A stretch of 64,000 bases of DNA, taken from contig OX597820.1 of NCBI GenBank assembly GCA_951406725.2, positions 81,468,001 to 81,532,000 on the forward strand, given 5' to 3'. Every line of letters begins with the position of its first letter. Positions within the stretch are counted from its first letter, which is position 1. The translations under genes and the position numbers were made by a program. The notes beneath the pieces were generated by a model, which saw only the letters and a program-made list of their open reading frames with translations, was not told the origin of the DNA and made no database searches. The DNA comes from Octopus vulgaris (taxonomy: Eukaryota). Of this stretch, positions 41,331 to 54,380 are shown one piece after another.

Positions 41331-42088
41331 CAGTTCTTTTAAAAATTGCGTTGCTTTCGTACAGAATGATAGCATCTACACTTCCAACAATAGTAGTATC
41401 ACAACACTACTACAGCAATTCCAAAACAAAACCAATAATCTTTATCCCAGTACGAATATTACAATCTTCTCTGTCATACAACACCACTATAATCATGGTT
41501 CATAATCATGGTTTCGAATTTTGGCATAAGCCCAGCAACTTTGTGGGACGAGGTAAGTCTATTACATCAACCCCAGCACTCATTCGAAAGGATGAAAGGT
41601 AAAGTCGACCTCAGCGGAATTTGAACTCAGAACATGAAGACGGACGAAATGCCACTAAGTATTTTGCCCGGCGTGCAAATGATTCTACCAGCTTGCCGCC
41701 TTTAAGGTCCATAATCATAACGACTCGACGACCATCTATTTTCATCACTACTGAACCCACCAATAACAACAACACCACCAGCATGACTGCCACTATAGTC
41801 AGTTCTACTACAGCAAAAATACCACTTGAGTGTACTTTTCTGAATAACCCCTTACCCCGACACAACCACTATCACCACAATCAGGCACCAATACGGCTAC
41901 CGTCACCATCAACACCATTATCATTGTTATTACTACCAAACCAGAAAAGTAAAATTGTTGCAGACAGAAAGTCTATAATATTTCCTGTTAGAAAGAACAG
42001 ACAATAGCAGAAAATGACGAAACTTGAGGTGATATGCCAGGATGAGGAGAGTTACATATATATATATACACATATATATACGTATATG

Positions 42089-42130
<42 letters not shown>

Positions 42131-42232
42131 TACATATACATATATATATATATACATATATACATATACATACATACATACATATATATATACATATATA
42201 TATATATACATACATATATATATGTATGTATG

Positions 42233-42306
<74 letters not shown>

Positions 42307-42431
42307 TGCAGAGTGGAAGCACACACAAAAAACTCCATAGATTTACTTCAACATTTAAATTTAATTTGTGTCAAAATATTTTCGTCGCTTTGAAACTTCG
42401 CACAGCTTCTATATATGTACGTATATCGTAA

Positions 42432-43140
42432 GCTTTAACCCTTATCCGAGTGGTAGATCTGTAGCTAGTGACTAAGACTCTTCATCTTGATAGACGCGAA
42501 GGTTGCCGGTAGCCGAGATGGCTGTTCAGACCAAGGGCGGTACATATCGTAGGGAGAGTTGGTAGGAGGTGAAAAGCTGCGAGGTGCTCTTTGTGTCTTC
42601 GACGTCTAATCTCTGCCTCTTGGTATCTGTTATTTCCCAACAGGTCTGTTCCCTAGACGATGACATACTGCCACTTTTGGCGGTCCTTGCGATTATCCTT
42701 GCGGTATCTTTAATAATGTTAGGCAGTCTAGCATGGTGCAGAACCTCTTCATTGGTAGTGAAGCCCTTCCATTGAATTCCCATGATTGCGCGAGGTTTGT
42801 GCTGTTGGAAACGTTCGATTTTCTCCAGGTCTCGTCGATACAACACCTATGTCTCACAGTCGTAGAGGAGTGTGGAAAAGACGACAGCACGGAATACTAT
42901 TTACGACTGGCCGGAAGCAAGGGTGCATCCTCGTTCCCACTCTGTTTTCCTTAAACCTTGGTGCCGTGAGCCATGAGATCTCTGATCAAGCTCCCGATGT
43001 AGACATTCACTGCAGAATGAACAGAGGACATTTCAACACCACCTGTTTCAGTCCGTCGACTTTCCACCTTGGTCAAGGTGCGTGAGTTGCAGTACGCTGA
43101 TAACAATACCACTCCCGCGCACTCAGTTTCAGGTCTTCAG
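42432..43140 (-). mobile_element. RTE-clade LINE fragment with an inverted 5' segment
   Basis: Minus strand 42890-42700: AVVFSTLLYDCET*VLYRRDLEKIERFQQ..RAIMGIQW....NEEVL; plus strand 42900-43105: GRKQGCILVPTLFSL...VRELQYADN. Confidence 0.8.
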
Positions 43141-43608
43141 GAGACTAAATCTTTTAAAAATAATTTGTATGTATGTATGTATGTATGTATGTATGTATGT
43201 ATGTATGTATGTATGTATGTATGTATGTATGTATGCAAGTATGTATGGACTCTCCCGTCCAAGGCAACGTATGAGCGTTCAGTTTTTGCCGAACGACCTG
43301 CACAAATGATTTGTCTATAATGTTCGTGTTGCACATTAGATCTCTCTCTTTCTCCCTCTCTCTCTCCATCAAATTGCCGTTCTTTGAACAGTAGCACTGT
43401 GTATCACGTATTAGGTGTTTGAAGTGATGGCAGAGCAACGCGAGGTGAAGCGTTTTGCTCAAGAACACAACACATCACGCCGACCAGGAATTGAAACCAC
43501 GATCACTAGATCAGAGCTCCTTCCGTGCCATAGACTCATAAGGTTTTCTGGATTCTGTGGTATGTGCATTCCTCCCTACAAAATCTGCATTCGAAGTAGC
43601 TTTTACTG

Positions 43609-43662
<54 letters not shown>

Positions 43663-43663
<1 letters not shown>

Positions 43664-43905
43664 AAAGCACAATGGCCCAGTGGTTAGGACAGCGGACTTG
43701 CGGTCGGAGGATCGCGGTTTCGATTCCCAGTCCGGGCGTCGTATGTGTTTATTGAGCGAAAACACATAAAGCTCTACGCGGCTCTGGCAGGGTGGTGGTG
43801 GCGGCCCCTGTTGTACTCTTTCACCCCAACTTTCTCTCACTCTCTCTTCCTGTTTCTTGAGTAACGCTGCGATGGAATGGCGTCCCGTCCAGTAGTGGGG
43901 AACAC
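43663..43905 (+). mobile_element. tRNA-derived SINE family C; related fragments at ~43430-43510 (-), 29270-29455 (-), 23700-23790 (+)
   Basis: tRNA-like head ATGGCCCAGTGGTTAGGACAGCGGACTTGCGGTCGGAGGATCGCGGTTTCGATTCCC with A and B boxes, no matching 3' acceptor stem, followed by a non-tRNA body. Confidence 0.7.
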
Positions 43906-45780
43906 TATGCTTTTCAGAATAGTAGGCTTATCCAACTAGAGTATCTAAAATAATGTCTCATAAGAGAAGTGCTTGTGTCACTCAAAGAAACAAAAAAATC
44001 TCGTGCAATTCCCAAACTATCCAATCATCCAAAGGAAGAAAAGTGTCCTTAATGCCAACTTCAGCCAGAGTATCTCCAGTGTCATCATCTACGTCTGAAG
44101 CAGAGACTGAAAATGAATATCAAGAGTCCTAAAAATCAGATGAAGAATCCACAGAAACAAGGATGAAGTATAGCACAGCTGGAACTGCAACCAAGTTAGT
44201 AATATCTTCCAAGCTATCAACCCAGAAAGCAGCAACAGTATGTTGACATTTATCTCAAGATGGAATCATGTCGAGACTCCTTCCCAATCTGGTATTTACA
44301 GATTGACTATCAAAGAAGTTGTTAAACTAAAAAAGAAAATGACGAAAACACTACATTTAGAAATTTAGGTGATTGCATTTTGATGGTAAACGTATTGATG
44401 ACCAAGAATACCAAATTCTAAGTTTAAAGAATGAACAGTGAGAAGTAAGTTACAAGCACTCCAATTACCAAAGGGAAAAGTCGATACTGTTGTTAAAGGA
44501 ATAACAGCTTTTTAGATGAATACAGTTTATGGCGCTGTGTAAAGATGATTGTTGCTGATATAACGAGTGTGAACACTGGGAAAAGAATTAGCATTGTCAA
44601 GCAGTTGCAAAGACAGTTTGCTCAAAAAAGGTTTCAAAGAACTGCAATTTATTGGTTGTCAGCATCATATCCTTGATGGAGTTCTTCGTGTTGTAATAGA
44701 TAACGAACTTAGAGAAAAAAAAGTCATCTCCTAATATTGAATATACATTCATCTCAGAGCTTTTAAGTAATTACGAGAAACTTCAGGCTATTTCATTTGA
44801 CCAGAGCTTTTCATTTCTTTGAAGAAACCGGCAAATTTCCTACTGTAAAATTTCATAAAATACCCAACTTAAGCAATGCAAGATGAACTTCTCTTTTGGC
44901 ATTTATTCTTCTACCAGAGAAAAAAGTTTTGCTTCTCAATGTTTGTCGATTTATCTCTTACAGCTGGGCAGATTTTTGGTTTATTGACCAAATGTTCAAT
45001 GCACATGATTATCAGAAGTTATGTGGCAGTGTAAGTTCATGAAAAAGCATTGAACTTTGTAAAAAAACTTTTGAGGTCGAGAACCATCAAAACTGTAAAT
45101 TCGCAGAACAAATCAGAGTGCAGAACGTGCAATCAAGTGCCTTCAAGATCTTTATGATGTTTGTAAAGAGAAGGAGAAACTTCAGCTTCAATTTGTTTTA
45201 TCTAACAAAACATATTAATTCTTTGTTATGTTTAAAAATTTTCTAACATTCAGCAGCCTTTTTTAATACAGCTATTTAAAATTGGAATTAAACCTACAAA
45301 GTTAAAAATATGTATTGTTTTTAATTTTGTATGTTATCGAATGCTTGTGATGGCCTCTGTTTTAAAATAGCCAAGTTTTGAACCTTTGCATATAGCAATT
45401 TCAAATCAGTAATCTTTAAAATGTGTAAATACACTTTTATTCCACATCTCTGTTACGTTTATAAGGATTTAGGCAACGGAAATACTGAAGTGCGAATCTA
45501 GTGCCATTTAGTGAAACTACTCCAACTAGAAAGATGAAATTTCAGATATACTTTTTCTGCATTGCATTGAGTCGGCATACCAAGTTTGGTAAAAACTTAA
45601 GCAGGCGTTATGAACCCCTCTAGAATTTTGAATGATTTGGGTCAAAAGTGGCGATCGATTTCTTAAGTTAGTGATGACGTTTTTTTCTTTCAAATAAAGC
45701 AAAATAAATGGTAGTTTCCTGACTTTCATGAATTTATTCATCGAATAGGGTTATTAGGTTGTGAAAAAGTCATAACCCTA
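43905..45780 (+). mobile_element. Decayed hAT (hATm-like) transposon, 3' portion with right terminus
   Basis: LHFDGKRID, MIVADITSVNTGK, FIGCQHHILD, SNAR*, TNQSAERAIK; ends ..GTCATAACCCTA (reverse complement TAGGGTTATGAC) at 45780 before (TA)n. Confidence 0.65.
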
Positions 45781-46782
45781 ATATATATATATACACAACA
45801 GGCTACCCTCAGTTCCCGTCTATTAAATCCATTCTCAAGGATTTGGTCGGCTCGAAGCTATAATAGAAGACACTTGCCCGAGGGGCTACGCAGTAGGACT
45901 GAACCCTGGACCATGAGGTTGAGAACCAAATTTCTTGCCACACAGCCGCATATGTATGCATGCATGTATGTATGCGCGTGCGTGTGTGTGTGTTGGTTCC
46001 TAGTTTGATTTTCTGTAGTGGAGAGTGTTTGCCTACAGTCAGATCTAGTGCGTTGTCATAACTGTTAACTATTCTTAGAGTGAAATAAATTTAAATGACA
46101 GACAGCCTTATTGTGTATGTATATATGTAAATACATTCGTTCTAAGCTAATGCTGTATGAAAATGAGTGCGGAAAATGGTCTTCAGAAAATGCACCCAGC
46201 TTTCTTCCCTAATGAAGAGCATAAGTTAACTGCTATGGTAGGTACATAGTTTAATTAGCATATTTGCGTTTATCTCTTTTATGCATTACATGTCATATAT
46301 CAGAAGAACTGAAATAAATTTCAAATCATTTTAGTTCTGATTTATGTCACGCACGCGCATACATACATGCATGCATACATATGCAGCTGTGTGGCAAGAA
46401 ATTTGGTTCTCAACCTCATGGTCCAGGGTTCAATCCTACTGCGTAGCCCCTCGGGCAAGTGTCTTCTATTATAGCTTCGAGCCGACCAAATCCTTGAGAA
46501 TGGATTTAATAGACGGGAACTGAGGGTAGCCTGTTGTGTATATATATATATATATTAGGGTTATGACTTTTTCACAACCTAATAACCCTATTCGATGAAT
46601 AAATTCATGAAAGTCAGGAAACTACCATTTATTTTGCTTTATTTGAAAGAAAAAAAACGTCATCACTAACTTAAGAAATCGATCGCCACTTTTGACCCAA
46701 ATCATTCAAAATTCTAGAGGGGTTCATAACGCCTGCTTAAGTTTTTACCAAACTTGGTATGCCGACTCAATGCAATGCAGAA
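45555..46782. repeat. Long inverted duplication: arms 45555-45984 and 46348-46782, 363-bp spacer
   Basis: Arms are reverse complements over ~430 bp with only a few differences; each holds the transposon terminus plus a SINE A head. Confidence 0.9.
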
Positions 46783-46995
46783 TGTGTGCGTGCGCATGCG
46801 CGAACGTGTGACTGCGCATGCGTGAAAGTGTGACTGTGCATGCGCGTACTTGTGACTGCGCATGCGCGAAAGTGTGCGTGCGTATGCGCGAAAGTGTGAC
46901 TGCGCATACGCGAAAGTGTGACTGCGAATGCGGGTACTTGTGCTTGCGCATGAGCGTACTTGTGCATGCGCATGCGCGAACGTGTGCGTGCGCAA
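46783..46995. repeat. 22-bp CpG-rich minisatellite (~10 units, TGTGACTGCGCATGCGCGAAAG)
   Basis: Seen directly. Confidence 0.9.
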
Positions 46996-47714
46996 ATCTG
47001 GGGGAGGTGATAAATCAATTACAACGACTCCAGTGTTCAACTGGTACTCATTTTACTGCTCCCGAAAGAATGAAAGGAAAAGTTGACCTCAGCGGAATTT
47101 GAACTCAGAACGTACAGACAGACGAAAGCATTTTGGCCGGCGTACTAACGGTTCTGCCTGCTCGCCGCCTTCGCCATTGGGCTAATATGCTTCACTACAT
47201 AAGTTTTTCAAATTAGATGGTTGATGCTTCCTGCGTTAAACATGTTACTACTAATTGAACATAGAGAACTGTCTACATTAATGATCTAGGCATGAATTGA
47301 GTCATGGCGCTGTGAGTTTCATAGTGATTAACAAAAGTGTGAGGGGAAGGAAGAAGAAGAAAAGGTGGTGGGGGAAGAGGGGGATGGAGGGAAATAAATA
47401 GATGAGACAGTAGAAACGGAAGGAATTTGTCAAGTAGTTTTGTACCAATTCACAGACAAAAATATTTATCTTATCAGCAGGATGTTATACTAACCGACAA
47501 ACAAATCAACAGATCAACGAACCAACTAGCCAACTGTTAACAGTGCATGCGAAAAGTCAAGAGCCAAACCTTCGCATGAGTTAGTACATCTGATCTGAGG
47601 TTTCGTTTGATCAATTGTTTACTTCTCTCTCTTTCTCCATCTCCTTTCTCAACATACATACACACATACATACATACATACATACATACATACATACATA
47701 CATACATACATACA

Positions 47715-47782
<68 letters not shown>

Positions 47783-47794
47783 TATGTACGTATG

Positions 47795-48061
47795 TACATG
47801 GTGCGGTGAATAAACTGTCGTCTAAATTACGCAAGAATGAAAATAACACTGACGTATCATTTTAACAGATATTCTTTTATTCTTTTACTTGTTTCAATCA
47901 TTTAACTGCGGTCATGCTGGAGCACCGCCTGTAGTCGAGCAAATAGACCCCAGGACTCATTCTTTGTAAGCCTAGTATTTATTCTATCGATCGCTATTGC
48001 CGAACTACTAAGTTACGGGGACGTAAACACATCAACATCGGTTGTCAAGGATGTTGGGGGA

Positions 48062-48112
<51 letters not shown>

Positions 48113-49070
48113 ATACGAGAGCTTCTTTCAATTTCCGCCTACTAAATCCACTCACAAGGCTTTGGTTGGCCCGAGACTATAGTAGAAGATATTTGCCCAA
48201 GATGCCGCTCAGCGGGACTGAACTTGGAACCATGTGGTTGGGAAGCAAGCTCCATACCACACAGCGACTCTTGCACCTATATATTTGCCAAAATTACATA
48301 AAAGCATCTTGAAATACTAAAGAATAAATCTTGAAATATTAAAGAGCAACCACGGCCTCCATACGACTTCGGAATGTCCTGCAACTCTTCTGGACAGTCT
48401 CCTTGTTTAAGTTGGTGAATACTGCCATAATCCTTGCCTTCAGTTCTCTTCCACAACTACGCCCCTCACATAATAATGAAGGGCGTTGCAGTGTGGGGAG
48501 TTAGGTGGCCAGGTGTTAGGAGTGGTGTGGTCGTAGAAATTATATGACAGCTTCTCCTGCTTATATGACAGAAATTGTATGACAGCTTCTCCTGCTTGTT
48601 TGGCATGGTGCAGCGTCCTGCTGCCAGATATAGGGTCTTCCAGCAGCCAGCCTCCTGACCCAGGGCAGCACTTCCTCCTCCAGGCACTTGATGTAGGTCT
48701 CATTGTTGAGTTTGAGGCTGTGTGGGAAGATGAACGGAAGCATAAAGTCGCCATCACTAGTGATCATTCCAAACACCATGATGTTGACTGGGTGTTTGTT
48801 TTTTATCCCTCTCGGTAGTGTCCTCAGATTACACTGTCCTCAGATTGACACCCAAGTACATTGAAATGTTCATATAGGAGCTTCCGGCGCGAATGCCAAG
48901 CAATACAGTATGTCGTTTCCAAATTTCTGGCAAAGTGGATAGCGTCATGGTGCTCTTTTTCTCTCAGACGGTGCCCAACTGACCCTACTATACTGTGTAG
49001 TCGACAAAATCAAAAACAAACAATGCACATGTGCGTAAAATGACGACAATTTACCAATCCCATATAATGA
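47795..49070 (-). mobile_element. Tc1/mariner maT(DD37D)-like transposon remnant with both TIR relics, interrupted by a SINE
   Basis: MVFGMITSDG..MLPFIFP....LN...YI.CL....LPW......RPYIWQQDAAPC...WPPNSPHCNALHYY; TIR-like ends at 47795-47832 and 49033-49070. Confidence 0.75.
47875..48278 (-). mobile_element. SINE family A nested in the transposon end
   Basis: Flanks rejoin to match the uninterrupted copy at ~11320-11370. Confidence 0.85.
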
Positions 49071-49176
49071 AAATATTTTATAAATGTACAAGGTGAATTT
49101 TCCCGAAAAAACGTAAACATCAAATAGATATTATCCTTTCATTATCTATAAGCTGGAATTCATCAGTATCTGCATC

Positions 49177-49207
<31 letters not shown>

Positions 49208-49281
49208 TGTATGTATGTATGTATGTATGTATGTATGTATGAATGTATGTATGCATGTATGTATGTATATATATATATATA

Positions 49282-49667
49282 TACTAGCAGCATCGCCCGG
49301 CGTTGCTCAGGTTTGTAAGGGAAATAACTCTAAAGCATTTTTAGAGAGTTATAGCCAAAAAATAGCAAAAAATGGAAAAAAAAATTATGGTAAATTTTTT
49401 TTTTTAGTTAAAAAAGGTCGAGTTGCGTCCCCTAGACAGTCTGTGGTTTGTGTTTCTGATTCTCGACCCCATGTCGAATTTATCGATTTTTTTCAGAACT
49501 GGGGGAACTTTTCAAAATTTTCGCTGCATTAGTTTTGAATTATGACATTGGGCTATGTGTGTGTCAAGTTTCATCAGAATCGGTTGAAAGCCGTGGTCAG
49601 GGTGAGGGTACAACCAAACAGACACACATAAACACACAGACAAACTGCCGTTTATATAGAGAGAGAT
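49282..49667 (+). mobile_element. Short non-autonomous Helitron/Helentron-like element
   Basis: ACTAGCAGCATCGCCCGGCGTTGCTCAGG start inside (TA)n; AAGGGAAATAACTC motif; end CAAGTTTCATCAGAATCGG...CAGACACAC..CAGACAAACTGCCGTTTATATAGAG. Confidence 0.65.
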
Positions 49668-49917
49668 ATATATTTATATATATATACATACATAGATGCG
49701 TGTGTGTGTGCACACATAAAATGGCTGGTAACACATTGGTGCGAAATGCAATTAAGCAAAGAAATTAACGTCAACATATATATCTTACTTTCTTTTTTTT
49801 TTCTGTTTTGTTTCCTTTTTTCGTTCTTCGGTTCTCTCTATCTCCTCCACTTGGCAGTACTTAAGTCTCTACTCAACAATTTCAAGTACTGTGGTTCTTC
49901 CTCATACTGAAAGTTCA

Positions 49918-49990
<73 letters not shown>

Positions 49991-50526
49991 GTCACATAAA
50001 TTGACTTCTCAAAGAGACAGTAAGAAATATTTTATCACTGCTTTAAGTAGTGGCCAATGATGTCATTGATTGGTCGGTGCATTCCTAGATTAGTACAACC
50101 ATCCATCCATCCATCCATCCATACTCTCCCGCGCTCATGCATACAAGACTTCTTGTCATAGTGAGGAACCATTATCATCGAGGAACTATCTGAAGAAAGC
50201 ATATCTTCAACATACCACCTATACTCAGATATTCCCATTCCACTCACCTCTCCTCTTCTCATCATCCTTTTTGTGTCCATGTTCCACCCAGACCACACAA
50301 AAGTCACTTTCCCCAAATTTTCCTCCTCAGATTATCTTCCATCTAGATTCACCTTACTGATCATGTCTTCCCTGCAGATGTTGACTGGCGGAGGTATTTT
50401 AATGGCATCAATCTCACTGGTCTAAGAGGGCTTTCACAAGCACTCATTGTGTTGCCTTTTCCTCCAGCCACAGCACGTAGAAAAAATGTACTGTATATGT
50501 ACAAAACATATGATGGAGATGTGCTG

Positions 50527-51293
50527 TACGAGGGGATACCCAAAAGAAACAGGAATTTGGCCATATTATTTCATTCGCTTAGTCTTACATTTTACGCTTT
50601 TATCGCCTTCAAAGTATTCACCATTTGAATCAATGCATCGGTCCAGACACATTTCTCACTATTCGAAGCAGTGGTAGAACTATTGCGAAGTGATGCCTTT
50701 TAACGCCTCTGATCTTCACCTCTTCCGCATCTGCAAATTCCGTAGTACCGGCTTTCGTCACCAGTGATGAGCTTCGAAAGAAGGTCTGAATCAACTTCCA
50801 ACTGTTCTTTCAGTTCACGATACGCATTCAGTCGTGACTGCTTTTGATATTCCGTGAGCAAGCAAGGCACAAATTTTTCGTTCAAAATTCGTTAGCAGGG
50901 GCTCCAGGACACACCAGTCAAATCAACAAGTTCGTCAATTATTCGGCGATGGTCCTCCAAGATCAGTTCATGAATTTTCATGATGTTTTCATTCGTTCGG
51001 GAGGTCGACGGTCGTTCTGTACAAGGTTGGTTTTCAAATGACAAGCAACCATTCCTAAAGCGTGAAAATCACTCGTAAACTTAGGTTTCGCTCATGGCAG
51101 CGTCCTTGTAAGCTGTTTGAAGCATGACAACCGTTTCCGCCGCCGTTTTCCCTAGTAGGAAACAAAATTTTACGGAAGCACGCTGTTCCTTCGTTTCAGC
51201 CATCGCAGCACTGCAAAACAAAGACACACCACGTGACAGTACTACTTCACCCGATAGCGCCGGTTGGCAAAAGTTTTGCAAGTTACATAGCAC
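50527..51293 (-). mobile_element. Internally deleted mariner element
   Basis: MAETKEQRASVKFCFLLGKTAAETVVMLQTAYKDAAMS, KFVPCLLTEYQKQSRL and LSKLITGDES; TIR-like TACGAGGGGATACCCAAAAG at 50527. Confidence 0.85.
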
Positions 51294-54059
51294 GACACCT
51301 ACAAATATTTACAAGCATTAAGAAGACAGAGCAAAGAAAGTACAAAATATTTAGATCAATCGCAGGTATCATATCAAAGACAAAAACTGTAGTATACGTT
51401 AAATCTACAATGAACTGTGTTAGTCGTAATTTCTTATAACAAATCGAATAAACGACAAAGTACGCAGCACAAGCTGCTACGTGCCGTCACAGTTTGGCCG
51501 CAAAACACCCCCATTCTATATACGCAACGAAACAAAACTGCTAAAAATCAATGTCCGCATGAGCATAACCGCGACACAGCTGTGAATTTCAACCCACAAA
51601 GTCCATGCCATTACATGAATAACCCAGGTGCGGTCCCAGTAATTTCTCGACGGGAGGGCACTAAGTCCGAAGGGAATACAATTCCAGGAGAAAAGGAGAA
51701 AATGGCATAGTAACATTATTTGGAAGGGCGCACTTCTTTCCTTGGTGGTGGTGGAGGTGGGGAACTTGCCTCTCGCCCCTACTTTCGGGTCCGCTCCTAT
51801 AACCACCCCTCAAACTCTCAGAAATAGATCTCTTCCACGGCATCATTTTATAACCATTGTCTTTCCCATTCATCTCCAACACATACGTACTAAGATAGAA
51901 AGACCAATAGCTTCACTATCCCCACGCCAACAATAACTTCAGCGGAGTAGTAACTCCATCTCCACACCTCAGATCAAGTTATCCCTTTGCTTCGCTTTCT
52001 CTTTGATCCTATCAGAATTAACAAATATACAGAACTAGTTTCGATAATGTATAATATGGCACGCTTCTCGTTCGTTTCACTGCATTTCGTAACGTGTAGT
52101 GTGATCTTCAGCTAGGACAGAAACCATGGCTTATTAAAAGCCATAGACCTGATGGTCATCAAGTCAAACGTCTAGGTACCATATGTCTATTCAATAGGAG
52201 CTTGAGATAATCTAGAGCTATACAATAGCAATAGCATATCAAAACATCATCCGTTTCATTCTCTCTCTCTCTCTCTCTCACTCTAAGTTTGCGAAATATT
52301 TTACTCATCATGCATATGTGTGCGCTTCTGTTTATTCATATGCGCACGAGTGCGTGCACGCGTGTGTGTGTGTATGTGTGTGTGTGTATGTGTGTGTGTG
52401 TGTGTATAAGTGTGTGTGTGTGTGTTAAGCGCGTGTATGATGTCAATATTTATAATATTCATATTCAAGACAATTCATCCCCATAAACTTCAGTCAAAAC
52501 AGGTCTTTTAAGTGACTGACTCCCACATTAACCACAGGATCCATTTATGAACCAAAAGACGTGTTTCTTCTGTCAGCTCTAATCTAAAGTTTCTTGTCTC
52601 TATGAACAAGCTAACTAAAAACTCTGGGCAAACAAAGACGAGTGATTACAATACCCTACTTTAATCAGTTAGTCGTTATGTGGAATAAAAACAGTTTGTT
52701 CCCAGCTTCTTAACATCTCATACTGAATGTTGTGGTTCAATAAAATATCGTCTATAGTGTAAGAAATCCTGATACACACCACTGATAGAATGAGTTAGCT
52801 TGTAAAACAGAAGTGTAAGAAGACTATAAAGATATCAGTGCAACATAACTTTAATATACGTTATAATTGTTTCAGCAGTGTTCCACTTCGGCTAACGTTA
52901 GAGACAAATAATTATGTGTGGTAAATTAGTCAGGACTTGTATTAATTTCGCATGGTTGAAATAGTGAAGAATGACACCTCGTTAGATGCTTATTAAATTT
53001 ATGATATGTGTAAGGGTATATTTTCCGCTGAAAAATAAGGACACCACTCCTATTACTACAGGCAGTAATAAGTAACAATATTAAAGCACGAAGCCTTGAA
53101 TTTTGGGGAGCGTCTAGTCGATTACACCGACCCCCGTGATTACTGGTACTTGTTTTATTGATTCCAAAGGATGAATGAAAAAGTCAACCGCAGTAGAATT
53201 TGAACTCGGAACATAATGACGAAAGGAATGCGGCTTGGCATTTTGTGCGGCGTTTTAACGATTCTGCTATAATAATAGTATCTTTTCTTTTCATTATTTG
53301 CCACAAGGGCTGAACACAAAAAGGATGATACAAAAATAATGGACAAGTGGGGCTTAACACAAAAACACGTAAACAATTATATAACAATTAACAATTAACA
53401 AAATACATTAAAAGATATGTTTGCAACCAAAACTAACTTAAACACCTAGATTTAATGTAAATTTGGGAATTAAAACCCATAAACCCATCATTGCTAAAAA
53501 AAACCCAGATCTGGGTGGAAAAACTCATCAGTGGCATCCCTGCTCAGAACCATCTCACACTTTTCAAAGACTTCTGTCAAGACGTGCTTCCTCGCAGACT
53601 TTTTAAAGACTGTTACTATGGCAACAGGCAAAAAAGTTCTAATGTTTCCGCTAGTTACTATCGGAACAGAGATGAATGTGTCTGGCTTACAATTGGCAAA
53701 ATTACCAAAATTTTCAAACTTTAATGACTAATAACTCTCTATTTATTGATTTATAGCAAAACTTACTTTCACGTCATTAATTATTCTATAAAAGTGTATC
53801 ATTACACTGAATATGAAATCAATTCGAACAGAAAACTGATGCTGGCAACCAAACAGAAAAGATCCAAAAGTTGTTCAGAACTTAGGATCGACTGTTACAA
53901 TATATAGGAACACCAGGGTAGCTTATGTCTTAGACATTACTACAGAATTTCACTCCTGCCTTCACCTACCACAAACCGAATGAAAATTGCAAGTATGTTA
54001 AGATAATCTTTGACCATCTTAGAACAGTAATTCTATAGTTAAGAGTGTTTCTTCTAAAA

Positions 54060-54322
54060 TACCACCACCGCCGCTGCTGCCGCCACCGCTTCTGCTGCCA
54101 CTGCTTCCGCCGCTGCCGCTACCGCCGCTGCCGCTACCGCCGCTGCCGCTACCGCCGCTGCCGCTACCGCCGCTGCCGCTACCGCCGCTGCCGCTACCGC
54201 CGCTGCCGCTACCGCCGCCACCGCCGCCACCACCACCACCACCACCACCACCACCACCACCACCACCGCCGCCACCACCACCACCACCACCACCACCACC
54301 ACCACCACCACCACCACCACCA

Positions 54323-54376
<54 letters not shown>

Positions 54377-54380
54377 TCAC
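54060..54380. repeat. Compound trinucleotide repeat: (CGCTGCCGCTACCGC)n, then (CCA)n, then (CTA)n
   Basis: Seen directly. Confidence 0.9.

Noticed and set aside
43663-43740. Functional tRNA gene
   Set aside because: A/B boxes are present but the acceptor stem does not pair and it continues into a SINE body with related fragments elsewhere.
50035-50500. Minus-strand ORFs as host exons
   Set aside because: The plus strand resembles a decayed LINE 3' end (HPF.VHV..., ending in a short A tail); no gene evidence.
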